Shown here piece by piece: positions 39,172 to 49,300 of a stretch of DNA of 64,000 nucleotides. The notes under the pieces are model-generated. The model was not told where the DNA came from and did not search any database. It worked only from the letters and a program-made list of their open reading frames with translations. Each line of letters opens with the position of its first letter. Within the stretch, counting starts at the first letter, position 1. The DNA lies in contig CBDCFN010000015.1 in NCBI GenBank assembly GCA_965216315.1, positions 160,001 through 224,000 on the forward strand, given 5' to 3'. The DNA is from a bacterium. Lineage in GTDB: Bacteria > UBA10199 > 2-02-FULL-50-16 > JAJFLM01. A program made the translations under genes and the position numbers.

Positions 39172-40209
39172 CTATATCTGATTTGCACTACGTATTAAAG
39201 AATATTTTTGAGACAGAAACATCTTTACTATCATAGATTTATCAAAAGTATAATAAATTAATGCCCAGAACCTACGAATAGCACGCTGTAGCCCTGGTAC
39301 AGACTCTATCTCGTGGATTTTAAGCTTCAACTCCTCACTAATAGCAACATCTCTTGTAATTCCATGCGCGTGTGATTTCCAATATTCGTTACTGCATAAT
39401 TTATCAGCGATCCATTTTGCACGAGAATACTTCTCTTCTTCCGTGACAGTGTTATTTGTACTAGAATGCTTAGTCCAGTTCTTGAATTTATATTGATTCA
39501 AAAAAGAAGTTGCCATTTTTATCGAATATTCAGATAGGCTTATAGCATCACCTATCTGTCGTTGATCCATTGTATCTACCAGCCTGATGTAGTGCCATGG
39601 AGGGTTGTTGCCTTTCTTCAGTGCTTCCTCGCCATCCTGTTTAATTTTATTAAGTAGTACTAATATAGATTGTGCAGGCACAAGATTGCCATCTTTAGAC
39701 CTTACTTGCGGGTCTATCGGACCTATATACGCTCGCTTATCCATCCAAATATCATCCCCAGATAATGCCCATAACGTGCCCGCACTCATGCATGCATGAG
39801 GAAGAATGAAATTAACGATTTCAAAACGTGGCCTAAGGCAGTTAACAAATTGTGAAACTTGCTGCCCCGAACCACCACCTGTAGCTAGTAAGATGTCAAG
39901 ATCGGTTTGCTGATCATCTATACTACTAACTAATTCATTGAAAGGAAGATCATCGCTAAGATCAATAGACGTATTCGGCAATGGTTTTATGACGTTCGCG
40001 AGATAGCACACAGCTGGGCGCTCTCGAATTTTTTCAACTTCCGCAAGAGCTTTCCTTATATCAGGGATAACGTTTCCACTGCGGGGGACGAATGACACAA
40101 TACTTCCATATTCATTTCCATCCTCCATCTTATCCAATAATGAATCAACCTCCTTTGTTTCTTGCGTTTTCTGACGCCCCCGGGCAATTTGCCGGCTTTT
40201 CCTTCCCAT
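39172..40209 (-). CDS. ClpP/crotonase-superfamily serine protease (SDH_sah-like)
   Basis: LATGGGS, MSAGTLWAL, GPIDPQ and SHAHGI; AT-rich. Confidence 0.8.
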   Translation of the reverse strand: MGRKSRQIARGRQKTQETKEVDSLLDKMEDGNEYGSIVSFVPRSGNVIPDIRKALAEVEKIRERPAVCYLANVIKPLPNTSIDLSDDLPFNELVSSIDDQQTDLDILLATGGGSGQQVSQFVNCLRPRFEIVNFILPHACMSAGTLWALSGDDIWMDKRAYIGPIDPQVRSKDGNLVPAQSILVLLNKIKQDGEEALKKGNNPPWHYIRLVDTMDQRQIGDAISLSEYSIKMATSFLNQYKFKNWTKHSSTNNTVTEEEKYSRAKWIADKLCSNEYWKSHAHGITRDVAISEELKLKIHEIESVPGLQRAIRRFWALIYYTFDKSMIVKMFLSQKYSLIRSANQI

Positions 40210-40277
40210 TTTAAGTATCTTTCATAGCTTTCGTCTCTTCATTAATAGTGAAAAATAGAATTTCTCTGGCAATTGCT

Positions 40278-41570
40278 CTACTTGATCAAACTACAGCCAC
40301 CTGCTGAACTCGAACTCCCACTGCTGATATCCTCTGCAATTTCCCCATCATATTCATCTGCGCCCATATCCGGCACATCCCAAATGACTCGATCATCTCC
40401 ATCAAAATCAGTCTCGAGCATTTGAGGGGCATCATCGTAACCAGTATTTATACAAGGAGATGAGGCCTGAAGATGAAAATCACCATTTTCCGCATCGACA
40501 AAGAGTGGGTCGGCACTGATGCTATCAAATTCTTCTTTCTGAACACTGCATTCAAAACAACTAGCTTTCAATTTTCCATAATTATTATTAAATAAGCGAA
40601 TCAATCCCCCTTTGCCATCATTATTAAAATCAATACCAGAATCAAAATGAATGTCATTGATAGCTTTCCCTAATGGAGTCAAGTTATTCACAATAATGTT
40701 ACTATATAATTCTGCCTGAGCCTCATCTGTTCGTAGCCGCAACAATAAACCACTCCATGTGCCTTCTTCATCTAACGAGAAATTATTTGAAATAGTATTG
40801 TTCACAAGAATTGTATCAGCGCCATCAACCGTATCTGTCACATCTGTTATGGTAAGTGCACCACTACTATTTCTCTCAAAAATATTGCCACTTACAACAA
40901 CATATTCTGCTTCAATATTTGCTCCTCCGCCGGTACCAACATTTAATGAATTATTACTAAATAGATTATTTTCCAGTACGACTGAATCTGCTGTTCCATT
41001 TGATATATTTAGGCCTCCATTAGTATCACTTTCATTATAAATAAAGCGACTATTTCTAACTAAAATAGTGGATGAGCTATTGGAAATTATTAGACCACCG
41101 GCATTAGTATCAAATGAACTAGATTCAATCTTTATATTGACTTTAAATGGCTCAATATTGACTCCACTGAGGTTAGAAGGTTTTCCGTTAGAAAAACTTA
41201 TACCTTCAATAGAAATATTACCCCGGATATTAATTAAATCTAAAATTCCTAACCCACCGCTCATATTTGAACCGTCAATAATTGTGTTGTCTATCCCTTT
41301 TCCGATTAGACTCAGAGAAAAAGACTCTGACTCTAATGGATCGTAAATAAAATTACCTCCCGAGGAATTCTTATTATAAGTCCCAGATTCTAAATAAAGA
41401 TTGTCGTCTTGATTATTTATGCCTGCTAGATTTAGAGCGGCTTGTAAATCACATATCAAATCTGAACAATCGCTATCTTGATCTAAGCTAACAGAAATAT
41501 CAGCAGCATTAGTTTCAACTGACATTAAAAAAATAACGGCGTAGATTACTGCCCATGCTATTTTGTTCAT
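40278..41570 (-). CDS. Secreted right-handed beta-helix protein (choice-of-anchor Q-like) with C-terminal GGCSLIK
   Basis: Signal peptide, Asn/Gly-rich repeats and DPLFVD..DFHLQASSPCI..G..DMGADE. Confidence 0.8.
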   Translation of the reverse strand: MNKIAWAVIYAVIFLMSVETNAADISVSLDQDSDCSDLICDLQAALNLAGINNQDDNLYLESGTYNKNSSGGNFIYDPLESESFSLSLIGKGIDNTIIDGSNMSGGLGILDLINIRGNISIEGISFSNGKPSNLSGVNIEPFKVNIKIESSSFDTNAGGLIISNSSSTILVRNSRFIYNESDTNGGLNISNGTADSVVLENNLFSNNSLNVGTGGGANIEAEYVVVSGNIFERNSSGALTITDVTDTVDGADTILVNNTISNNFSLDEEGTWSGLLLRLRTDEAQAELYSNIIVNNLTPLGKAINDIHFDSGIDFNNDGKGGLIRLFNNNYGKLKASCFECSVQKEEFDSISADPLFVDAENGDFHLQASSPCINTGYDDAPQMLETDFDGDDRVIWDVPDMGADEYDGEIAEDISSGSSSSAGGCSLIK

Positions 41571-41590
41571 TAGATTCCCAGTTTCTATTT

Positions 41591-42691
41591 TTATCGCGTT
41601 CCTATGGCTATTATTGTAGCTTGATTAGGTAATTTGCCATCTGATCCATCACTACAGCGACTGTCTGCACATATGTTCAATCTGAAAGTTCCATCGATGA
41701 AAACAGTAACCCTTTCCGTGCCACCCCCGTCGCCTTCATATTGACTCAAAGAAGGTACAAATGTCACAGCTGATCCACAGTCTGAAACACCGAATCCACT
41801 AGGTATATATATTAAAGAGCAAACGTTTGTTCCGTGCACAACATTTTGGCTAACTCTGAATCCAATCCCCGAATACCCAGCCCCTTTAATCGATCCATCC
41901 GAATTAAGTGCTGAATTTGAATCATTAAGATCAACTCCATCTACAAAACCAACATTTGTGATGTTATTGCCTCCCATGCTTAGATTGCCACTCATAGTGT
42001 CGCCACCAACGTTGACATAGGCTGAATCATGATTATGACCTGCGGTTGCAGCTCCTACCTGGGCTGCGGTGACGTTGTGCGGATTGGACGTATCACTTGT
42101 ATGACTACTTAGTTCTGTATCCATAGTAACTTCAGGAGGTAATTGAGTCACATCCAGCACACCCGTCAGTTGAGAAATACTAATATTCTCCAAATGCTCG
42201 ACCGTAATCGCGCCATTCTCAATACTAGTCGCGGTAATAGCCCCCTCTGCCACGGTTAATGCCTGTTGGGCATAAAAGGCATATGGCACCGAGGTCAGCT
42301 CTAATTGATCTAACGTAGTGACATTCTTAACCGTGACTTCGAGAAAAAGCGGGTTCGCCGGATTAAAATCAGTAAATATCAGCCCCCCCGTTGGAACGGC
42401 AGGATTGGAATTCGGGACAATACCGGAACCCAGGAGCACATTGATCATTCCATCAAAAATTTGCACCGCGGGCTGTTCTTCGGCATAGAGTTCCGTTCCC
42501 TGATCATCGAGGATACGAAACAGAATATCAGCACTATCATCTTCGATGACATTCCCGCCATCATCGAAAATAACCGACTGAAAGGTAATCACATTAGGGA
42601 CCGACTGGGCCTGCCCTATAACTGACACCAGCATCACTGCTAATATCAGAATAGATCCAAATAATTTTCTCTGTATTTTATACAGGCCCAT
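41591..42691 (-). CDS. Secreted tail-fibre-like adhesin
   Basis: Signal peptide, VPNVITFQ, LTSVPYAFYA, HTSDTSNPHNVTAAQVGA, HNHD and GDTMSGNLSM fibre-like motifs. Confidence 0.7.
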   Translation of the reverse strand: MGLYKIQRKLFGSILILAVMLVSVIGQAQSVPNVITFQSVIFDDGGNVIEDDSADILFRILDDQGTELYAEEQPAVQIFDGMINVLLGSGIVPNSNPAVPTGGLIFTDFNPANPLFLEVTVKNVTTLDQLELTSVPYAFYAQQALTVAEGAITATSIENGAITVEHLENISISQLTGVLDVTQLPPEVTMDTELSSHTSDTSNPHNVTAAQVGAATAGHNHDSAYVNVGGDTMSGNLSMGGNNITNVGFVDGVDLNDSNSALNSDGSIKGAGYSGIGFRVSQNVVHGTNVCSLIYIPSGFGVSDCGSAVTFVPSLSQYEGDGGGTERVTVFIDGTFRLNICADSRCSDGSDGKLPNQATIIAIGTR

Positions 42692-42715
42692 ACGTTACCT
42701 CGCTTTCATTCATAA

Positions 42716-43150
42716 TTACCTTATCTTAATTTCGACCCGCCGATTCCGTGATCGGCCGCTTTCATGGCTATTACTCGCCACTGGCTTTTCTTCCCCAAAT
42801 GACAAAACAATCAGCTGTTCCGGTGCAACCCCCGCTAAAACTAAAAGTTCTTTAATAGTACGCGCACGTTTATCGCCTAAACGTAAATTGTATGCCGAAT
42901 CTCCAATCGCATCGGCATGACCCTCAAGTTGGGCAATCCAACTCGGATGCCGACGAAGATAATCTACTGTCGGACTCAGTTTGCGACGCTCTTCTGATTG
43001 GAGATTCGATTGGTCGGAAGCAAAATACAAAGATGTGAGATCACGTGGTTTTTGGACAATGGGTTCGGGAGCCTTGCGATGAGATGAAGCACAAGCAGAC
43101 ATCATCATGATCAATCCCAATCCAAAGAGTGAAAGGGCCTTAGCGTTCAT
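42716..43150 (-). CDS. OmpA/Pal-like peptidoglycan-binding lipoprotein
   Basis: Lipobox MSAC, EGHAD..G..YNLRLG.KRA, SFGEEKP and NRRVEI. Confidence 0.9.
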   Translation of the reverse strand: MNAKALSLFGLGLIMMMSACASSHRKAPEPIVQKPRDLTSLYFASDQSNLQSEERRKLSPTVDYLRRHPSWIAQLEGHADAIGDSAYNLRLGDKRARTIKELLVLAGVAPEQLIVLSFGEEKPVASNSHESGRSRNRRVEIKIR

Positions 43151-44016
43151 TGCACACTCCTTTGCATCACACCCGGGAAATGGGCTAAATCCACATCAAA
43201 GCTATGGACTGGCACACCACCCGCGCTTACATGTGATGCCTCAATCCCCCCAAACGAAACGATCCCGATACCGGGCAAAGAACCCGGAGGGATCAAGCGA
43301 ACACTAACCTGACTTTGTTCGCCGTTATCTAAATCGCGAACCGTAAATGTATGCCGCCCCAGCGCGAGCGTATCTGGCGCCATTGTGAAGGTACCAAGGC
43401 TTATTGACGGTGAAATAACTGAATCTCCCAAGGAAACATCTAAGAGTACGTCGCTACTGCCCTCGGTGGCATCATCGATCTCAAGACGTCCCCCCGGCTC
43501 ACCGACACCGAGTAATTTAAGACGGTTTACGATAACGCGATTACCCGAACGCAAGTTCGTAAATAGTGGGACTGTGTTGAGCGACACAACGATGGGTTCG
43601 GCATTGTCTTTATCAATCGTAACATTCATGATCTGCTTGCGCCGAACCACCATTCCTTCTGAATTGAAGGCCTCGACCAAGAAAGTCCGTGCGGTACCAT
43701 CCGGAAGTTCATTAAGTTCCGTCCCGGTTGAATCAGCATCAAGATTAATGACCACGGGTTCTGCTAAATCCTCACCCGTCACGGTAACGACAAAGCGCAC
43801 GACACGTTGAATTTCGGGTAATTGCTCGACAGATAATCCAGCCGGACTGAGCGCATTTTCAATAATGAGATCGATGTTGACGTTTTCGTGGCGCGTGCAT
43901 GCAGTGCTAAGAAGAAGCAACACAGTCAATAAAATCCCCCTCAATCCCCCTTTGCAAAGGGGGAGGTGCCGGTGGTCCAAAATTACGCCCTTCTCTTTAT
44001 CAACGAAAAATGACAT
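43147..44016 (-). CDS. Hypothetical lipoprotein with Ig-like/beta-rich domains
   Basis: LLTVLLLLSTAC lipobox; start ATG 44016 or TTG 43980 (the ORF-track start at 44136 overlaps the upstream gene). Confidence 0.7.
   Translation of the reverse strand: MSFFVDKEKGVILDHRHLPLCKGGLRGILLTVLLLLSTACTRHENVNIDLIIENALSPAGLSVEQLPEIQRVVRFVVTVTGEDLAEPVVINLDADSTGTELNELPDGTARTFLVEAFNSEGMVVRRKQIMNVTIDKDNAEPIVVSLNTVPLFTNLRSGNRVIVNRLKLLGVGEPGGRLEIDDATEGSSDVLLDVSLGDSVISPSISLGTFTMAPDTLALGRHTFTVRDLDNGEQSQVSVRLIPPGSLPGIGIVSFGGIEASHVSAGGVPVHSFDVDLAHFPGVMQRSVQ
43931..43965. repeat. REP-like repeat family B within a signal-peptide coding region
   Basis: AAAATCCCCCTCAATCCCCCTTTGCAAAGGGGGAG; reads LPLCKGGLRGI on the minus strand. 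Confidence 0.75.
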
Positions 44017-45307
44017 TGATCGCTCCTGTCGTATTGGTTCCCGTAGCCACCATCGCTCCTGCCGTCGCTCCACCCGCCAACGCTCCCATCCCGACCCAGA
44101 ACCAAGGATTTTTAAGTAAAGAGCGGCTCTTTCCAATCAAAACAACGTCGCCATAATAAGGGGCCGCCGCTAAGCCCGCCGGATCATCCATAATGGTCTG
44201 ATCCATCTCAGCTAGGACCTGAGTTGCCAGAGTCGCGGATACTTGAGCCGACTGACGTTGAACTCTTTTGGTTGTTGCCTCTACAGGACGATGAAAGGTC
44301 GAAAGGCTTTCATCAATGATATGCGCACGCACGATGTCATTGCCTTTTTCGCGCCGCAGATCGACCAAGATCAGCTTACGCACGCGCATTGACTGTGCCG
44401 CTGCTGAGGCTGTTCCGATCAATTCTTCCAAATCATCAAACTGATCTCGATGAAAACCAACCATGTCCTTGGGATAACGGTTATTCTTCCCTTTCCAACC
44501 AAGCTTCAGTTTGACTTGTTCGGTTTGACCCGCCGTAACTGACACGGTTTCGCTTTTAGAGGTATAATTTGCCGCCTTGACCGTAACAACATGCTCACCG
44601 ACGGGGTAATTCCCAAGCTTTAAGGGCGCGGCTCCCTTATAAATCCCATTTATGTAAACATCCGCCGCCGATGGTTGAGAGCGAACTTCAATGTGCCCCG
44701 ATGGCTGTTCCTTAAGCTCACGTTTGGCCCGCTCAATGCGCTTAATGACGGATGGGGCAAAATACTTTTCATCTAATTCGACGTACGGATCATAACGAAC
44801 TAACTTACGAAAAGACTCGGTCGCATCTCGTTTGCGATGTTGGGCCAACAAGACAATTCCCTGAACGGTATAAGCTTCCTGCAGTGAACGATAATCACGT
44901 GTGAGTTGACTCGTTTGCAGACAGTTCTCGATGGCTTCATCTGTCAGCCGTTTTGCTTTGGCTAACTGCAATGCGAAATAGGCCTTCTTCGCATCGGCCA
45001 CCATTCCATGGATTGGGCTCACCTGACCCGCCTCTAAGACGGCTGACTTCTTATAATCGAGAATCGCCTTACTTTCTTCTCGAGATAGGATTTTAAGGTG
45101 ACGATATCGCGATAGTTCCTCGCGAAAACGATCGGTAATTTTGCGGGTATAGTCTGGTCGCGTCCCGCGTTGATGCAGTTCAACGACCGCTATATATTCA
45201 GGTTCATTGGCAGCTACCGTGGCCGGCACCTGTAAAATCATTGCGGCACTTAACAAAATGCTCAGCAACTTTCGAACTCGGGTTTGACGAACCTCCCTGT
45301 TGCCCAT
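44000..45307 (-). CDS. PEGA-domain/TPR-like exported protein
   Basis: Signal peptide, VRSQPSAADVYING..G.APL..GEH.V PEGA motif and KNPWFW + hydrophobic C-terminus; start 45307 or 45346. Confidence 0.8.
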   Translation of the reverse strand: MGNREVRQTRVRKLLSILLSAAMILQVPATVAANEPEYIAVVELHQRGTRPDYTRKITDRFREELSRYRHLKILSREESKAILDYKKSAVLEAGQVSPIHGMVADAKKAYFALQLAKAKRLTDEAIENCLQTSQLTRDYRSLQEAYTVQGIVLLAQHRKRDATESFRKLVRYDPYVELDEKYFAPSVIKRIERAKRELKEQPSGHIEVRSQPSAADVYINGIYKGAAPLKLGNYPVGEHVVTVKAANYTSKSETVSVTAGQTEQVKLKLGWKGKNNRYPKDMVGFHRDQFDDLEELIGTASAAAQSMRVRKLILVDLRREKGNDIVRAHIIDESLSTFHRPVEATTKRVQRQSAQVSATLATQVLAEMDQTIMDDPAGLAAAPYYGDVVLIGKSRSLLKNPWFWVGMGALAGGATAGAMVATGTNTTGAINVIFR

Positions 45308-45410
45308 TCCCCATCCCTTTCTACCGCACCCGAACTTGCCTAACATTTAATCAGCCCCCAACCCCCTGTAAACGGAAAATATTTATCCAACTCGCCACCC
45401 CAAGTTATAT

Positions 45411-45426
45411 TGCAGTCTTCGTGCCA
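45411..45426 (-). promoter_or_regulatory. Sigma-54 promoter of the PEGA-OmpA-fibre operon
   Basis: TGGCAC-GAAGA-CTGCA. Confidence 0.6.
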
Positions 45427-45552
45427 GACTGGGCGACAGATACAAATGAATAGGAATACGTTGGTATTATTGAGGATTTATTACGTCGGGCCCGAACCAG
45501 CTGATACTCATCAGGTGACGACAAGTTTCATTTTGAGACGGTGGGGTTTCAA

Positions 45553-45954
45553 TTAGGTCCGTGCTTTGAGCGCCTCGATCTCTCGGTCGTGATAGGTCAG
45601 CTGCTCCGCGAGGCCATCAAATTTGCTGTCCAAACGATCAACTTTATTATCTAAACACCCAACTTTTCGGTCTAAATGCTCAACTTTATTATCCAAACAC
45701 TCAACTTTTTCTTCAAGGCTCCCAATTCTTTGCGCATTGGCTTCAATCGCCTCGCCATTCGCTGCAATGGCCCGGCTGTTATGCCGTACGGCAAGATTGA
45801 GTACTTCTATCTTTTCATCTAAGCGATTATAGCGCACATCCACCTCTTTCAGGATATCGGTCTTAAACTGTTCCTGACGCTCAATAACAAGCTGAAGCTG
45901 AGATTGCATATGTTCCAGCAGAATAAGTTGTCTCGAATCATGCGTATCTGACAT
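45553..45954 (-). CDS. Coiled-coil protein with tandem heptads
   Basis: LEEKVEC-LDNKVEH-LDRKVGC-LDNKVDR-LDSKFDG (21-bp repeats); GGAGGA SD. Confidence 0.7.
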   Translation of the reverse strand: MSDTHDSRQLILLEHMQSQLQLVIERQEQFKTDILKEVDVRYNRLDEKIEVLNLAVRHNSRAIAANGEAIEANAQRIGSLEEKVECLDNKVEHLDRKVGCLDNKVDRLDSKFDGLAEQLTYHDREIEALKART

Positions 45955-46045
45955 AAGGTTCCTCCGATAACAAAGTCTTCATGACGAATAAAGACTGATT
46001 TCTAACCATTGAAATCTACAAACAAAGTTTATCGGGAAGAATTCT

Positions 46046-46061
46046 TGCAGAATCGATGCCA
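46046..46061 (-). promoter_or_regulatory. Sigma-54 promoter
   Basis: TGGCAT-CGATT-CTGCA upstream of CDS 45954. Confidence 0.5.
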
Positions 46062-46294
46062 GTTAAATCTGCCCCTTAACTACATAAAACTCATCACTTT
46101 TTAGAGCTGCTAAATCATTGATCATTCAGGCAGGGTTTTATGTTGAGACGGTCGAGTTTCAATTAAATACCCCTTAGATAACGGTCCCAAATAGAGTCCC
46201 TCCCCTGCGTAAAGCGAGGCTTGGAGGGAAGTTGCCGCCAATTTCCCCCACAATTTCAACGCCCTAGCGCCGGGGCCCAAAATCGACAAAATCC

Positions 46295-46321
46295 GCAACA
46301 ATTTCAGGCACATGCCGAAGA
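46295..46321 (+). promoter_or_regulatory. Sigma-28-like promoter GCAAC-N14-GCCGAAGA
   Basis: Overlaps ATG 46312, suggesting the true start is ATG 46336. Confidence 0.5.
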
Positions 46322-46335
46322 TTGCCTGGATTATT

Positions 46336-49300
46336 ATGCTTGCTTTAGGCCTTCAACAATCAGCCCTCATGCAATCCGGAATGCTCCTTGCGGGCTCCGG
46401 CTTGTCCGACTTCACGGCGATCTCGGGACAGATCTCTAATGAACTGCGGCTAAACATCGACGCAACCGACGTCGCACAAAACATTACGCCCGCTGTCGAG
46501 GGACTCGTTGTTGACGAAAGTACTCCGGCTACATTGGCAACGGCCCACAGCATGTTGTCGCACATCACGCACGGACATATCCCGGTTGAGCATGGTGCAC
46601 TGGAAAATGCACTGCAAAGTGCTTCGAGTATTATTCAGTTGTTCTCAATGCAACAGAGGATGGCCGATACCTTGCCGGATAGTCTCACGCAACCACCTAG
46701 TATCATTCCAGAGAGCAGGCTGTCTCATCCAACTTCTCGTCATCTCACCGCTCGCCTGCGACGCGCGTCAACAATGTCAATGGCTCCGGTAACGCTAGAG
46801 GGACAAGAGAACGTCAGTCATTGTGCGGTCTGTGAATCCGCCAACGATATCAGTCATCAGTTCTGTAAAGACTGCGGTTTTCCCATGATGGAGGTCGAGG
46901 AGATCTCGCCACAAAAGATCGACGGAACGATGATTTTTGGGGACCTTAGTGGTTTCTCCAGTTACGTTGAAAAGACGACGGAGGATGTGCTCTTTCCAAC
47001 GATCAATGAGATCCAGGCCGGTCTCGCCGCCCAGGTCTTGAGTATGGGCGGTTACGTCATCGGTTATTGGGGCGATGCGATCTTCGCCGTTTTCGGCATG
47101 GACAAACATCGTGAGGATGATGCCGAACGGGCCGTGCGTTGTGCCCTGCGAATGCAGCAGTTCATGCAACAAAGAAACGCAGGCCTAGCGGAAGAAAACC
47201 AGATCCATTTAAGACTCGGCATTAATACGGGGCGCGTCTCCAAAGGTATTATGGGTGGGGCCGGCCGCAAGATACTCACGGTACTTGGCAACCAGGTCAA
47301 TATTGCCGCGCGTTTGGAACCCCTGGCCAAGCCAGGTGGAATAGTAATTAGCCGTGCAACGATGTTGCGCACGAGTCATGCGTTTGAGGAAAATTATGAA
47401 GGTCTGACTCAGGTCAAGAACATCATAGAACCCGTTGAATATTATGAGGTCACCGGAGAAAAACCCGGTGCCATTGTCGGGACAAGACGCGGAGAAGAAG
47501 TCCAGTTTATGGGTCGCACGACCGAACTCGTCGAATTAGAGGCACGGCATAAATTAGTCACGGATCTGAAGAAGCCGCATTTTACTCTGATTGAAGGTGG
47601 GGCCGGGATGGGAAAGAGTCGCCTCGTCGAAGAGTTCCTCGCTACCTTGCCTAGCGTGAAAGGCCATTCTTTGATTGCCGCACGGGGTGAAAACCTCCCG
47701 GCCTTGCGGCCCTATCGCGTCATGATCAATGCACTCCGCCGCCTCGCTAATATTGATGATACTGACGAACTTGAAGATGCGCGCGAAAAGCTTCGTACCT
47801 TAGTTCGCCTCGCGCTCGGCACGTCAGACGAGCTTGAATTTATTGAGCAAGTCTTAGGCAACTTGATTGGGCTCTCTTACGAAGAAATGCACCCCCGCAT
47901 GGAGGTACTTGTTAGCGATGCTAAGGCCTTGCGTGATGAAACCTTCGAGGCTTTAATTGCGCTGTTTGAAGGGCTCAGCCGTAATCAAAATATTATTCTT
48001 CTCCTTGAGGACCTCCATTGGTTCGATCCCGGCACGGAGAGTCTGATTCGTTCAATGATGGATCGACTCGAAGATCGTGCCATCCACGTTATTGGCCTCG
48101 CGCGCCCTCGGTATCGTTCCGGCAACCCGGAACTCCTGACCGGAGAGTATAGCGTCGATCGTATCATCCTCGATCGCATGGATGAAACCACCTTAATAGA
48201 GATGTTCGACCAGATTAGTCGCACCCCCCTCGATGACGAGGAGCGTTCCTTTGTCCTCGACGAATCGGGCGGCAGTCCCTTCATGGTGCAGGAAATCGCC
48301 CGCGGGATTCGCGATGACTGGAAGATCGTCAAGGACGAAACCACAGGCCGGATGGGCTTCCAATCCCCGGATGGGAAGTCCGTCACGATGGGGGCCGAAG
48401 CGTTGCTGCTCGCACGCGTCGATGGCTTGCCGCCGGATGAACGTGAAATCCTCGAGGCCGCGGCGGTCGTCGGCGGGACCTTTACCTATCGCGATTTGGA
48501 ACCGATACTTGGCGGTTATGACGAGCACTCCCTCGAAAATCTCGCCGGTGCACAGTTATTGCTCCGCGTTGGTGAGGGCGAGTATCAATTCTACCATGCT
48601 ATGTTACGCGATGCTGTATATAACAAGATCGGTCAGCGAGTTGCGAAAATGCATCGCTTAATCGCACAAGGAATGCTTGCTTGTAATTCAAATGATCTCC
48701 CGGCCATAGCATCACATTTTGAAAGAGGAAATCGGGATATTAAAGCCGCTAGATTCTATTATAAAGCAGCTAAGAAAGCCTATTTGAGAGAAGGTGAAAA
48801 CGAATCTGCAATAAAATTTTACACCACAGTTTACGGTCTCTCAGTTGCGGAAAGGCCAGAACTGGCTCTAAAAGCGCTGATCGGTTTAAGCGAAGTGTCG
48901 CTATCATACAGCAGATATAATGAAGCCCTAGAGTACATATTAAAAGGACAAGATCTATTAGATCGCGAGGATATAAGTACAGAAGTTATTGGAAAGTACT
49001 ATTATCAGTATGCTACTGTATTATTAAACAGGCGAGATGAAAAAAATTATGCTGATACTGCGATAGATGTAGCGAAAGATGGATTGAAGCTATTTACACC
49101 TAGCGAACAGTCACTCAGTAAAGCCTGGCTCCTACACTTTATCGGTCGAACTTATACTTACGAGCAGCAAAAATACGCTCTTGGAGAAAAATACACGAAG
49201 GCTGCTCTACAGTTAGCCCTTTCTGTTGGTGATGATGAAATCATTGCCGAGTGCCACGTAGATCTAGTAGTTTTAGCAATGCAACATAGTGATTATGTAA

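Noticed and set aside
41591..42691. Prophage, suggested by tail-fibre motifs
   Set aside because: The protein has a signal peptide, and no capsid, terminase, integrase or tail genes are present.
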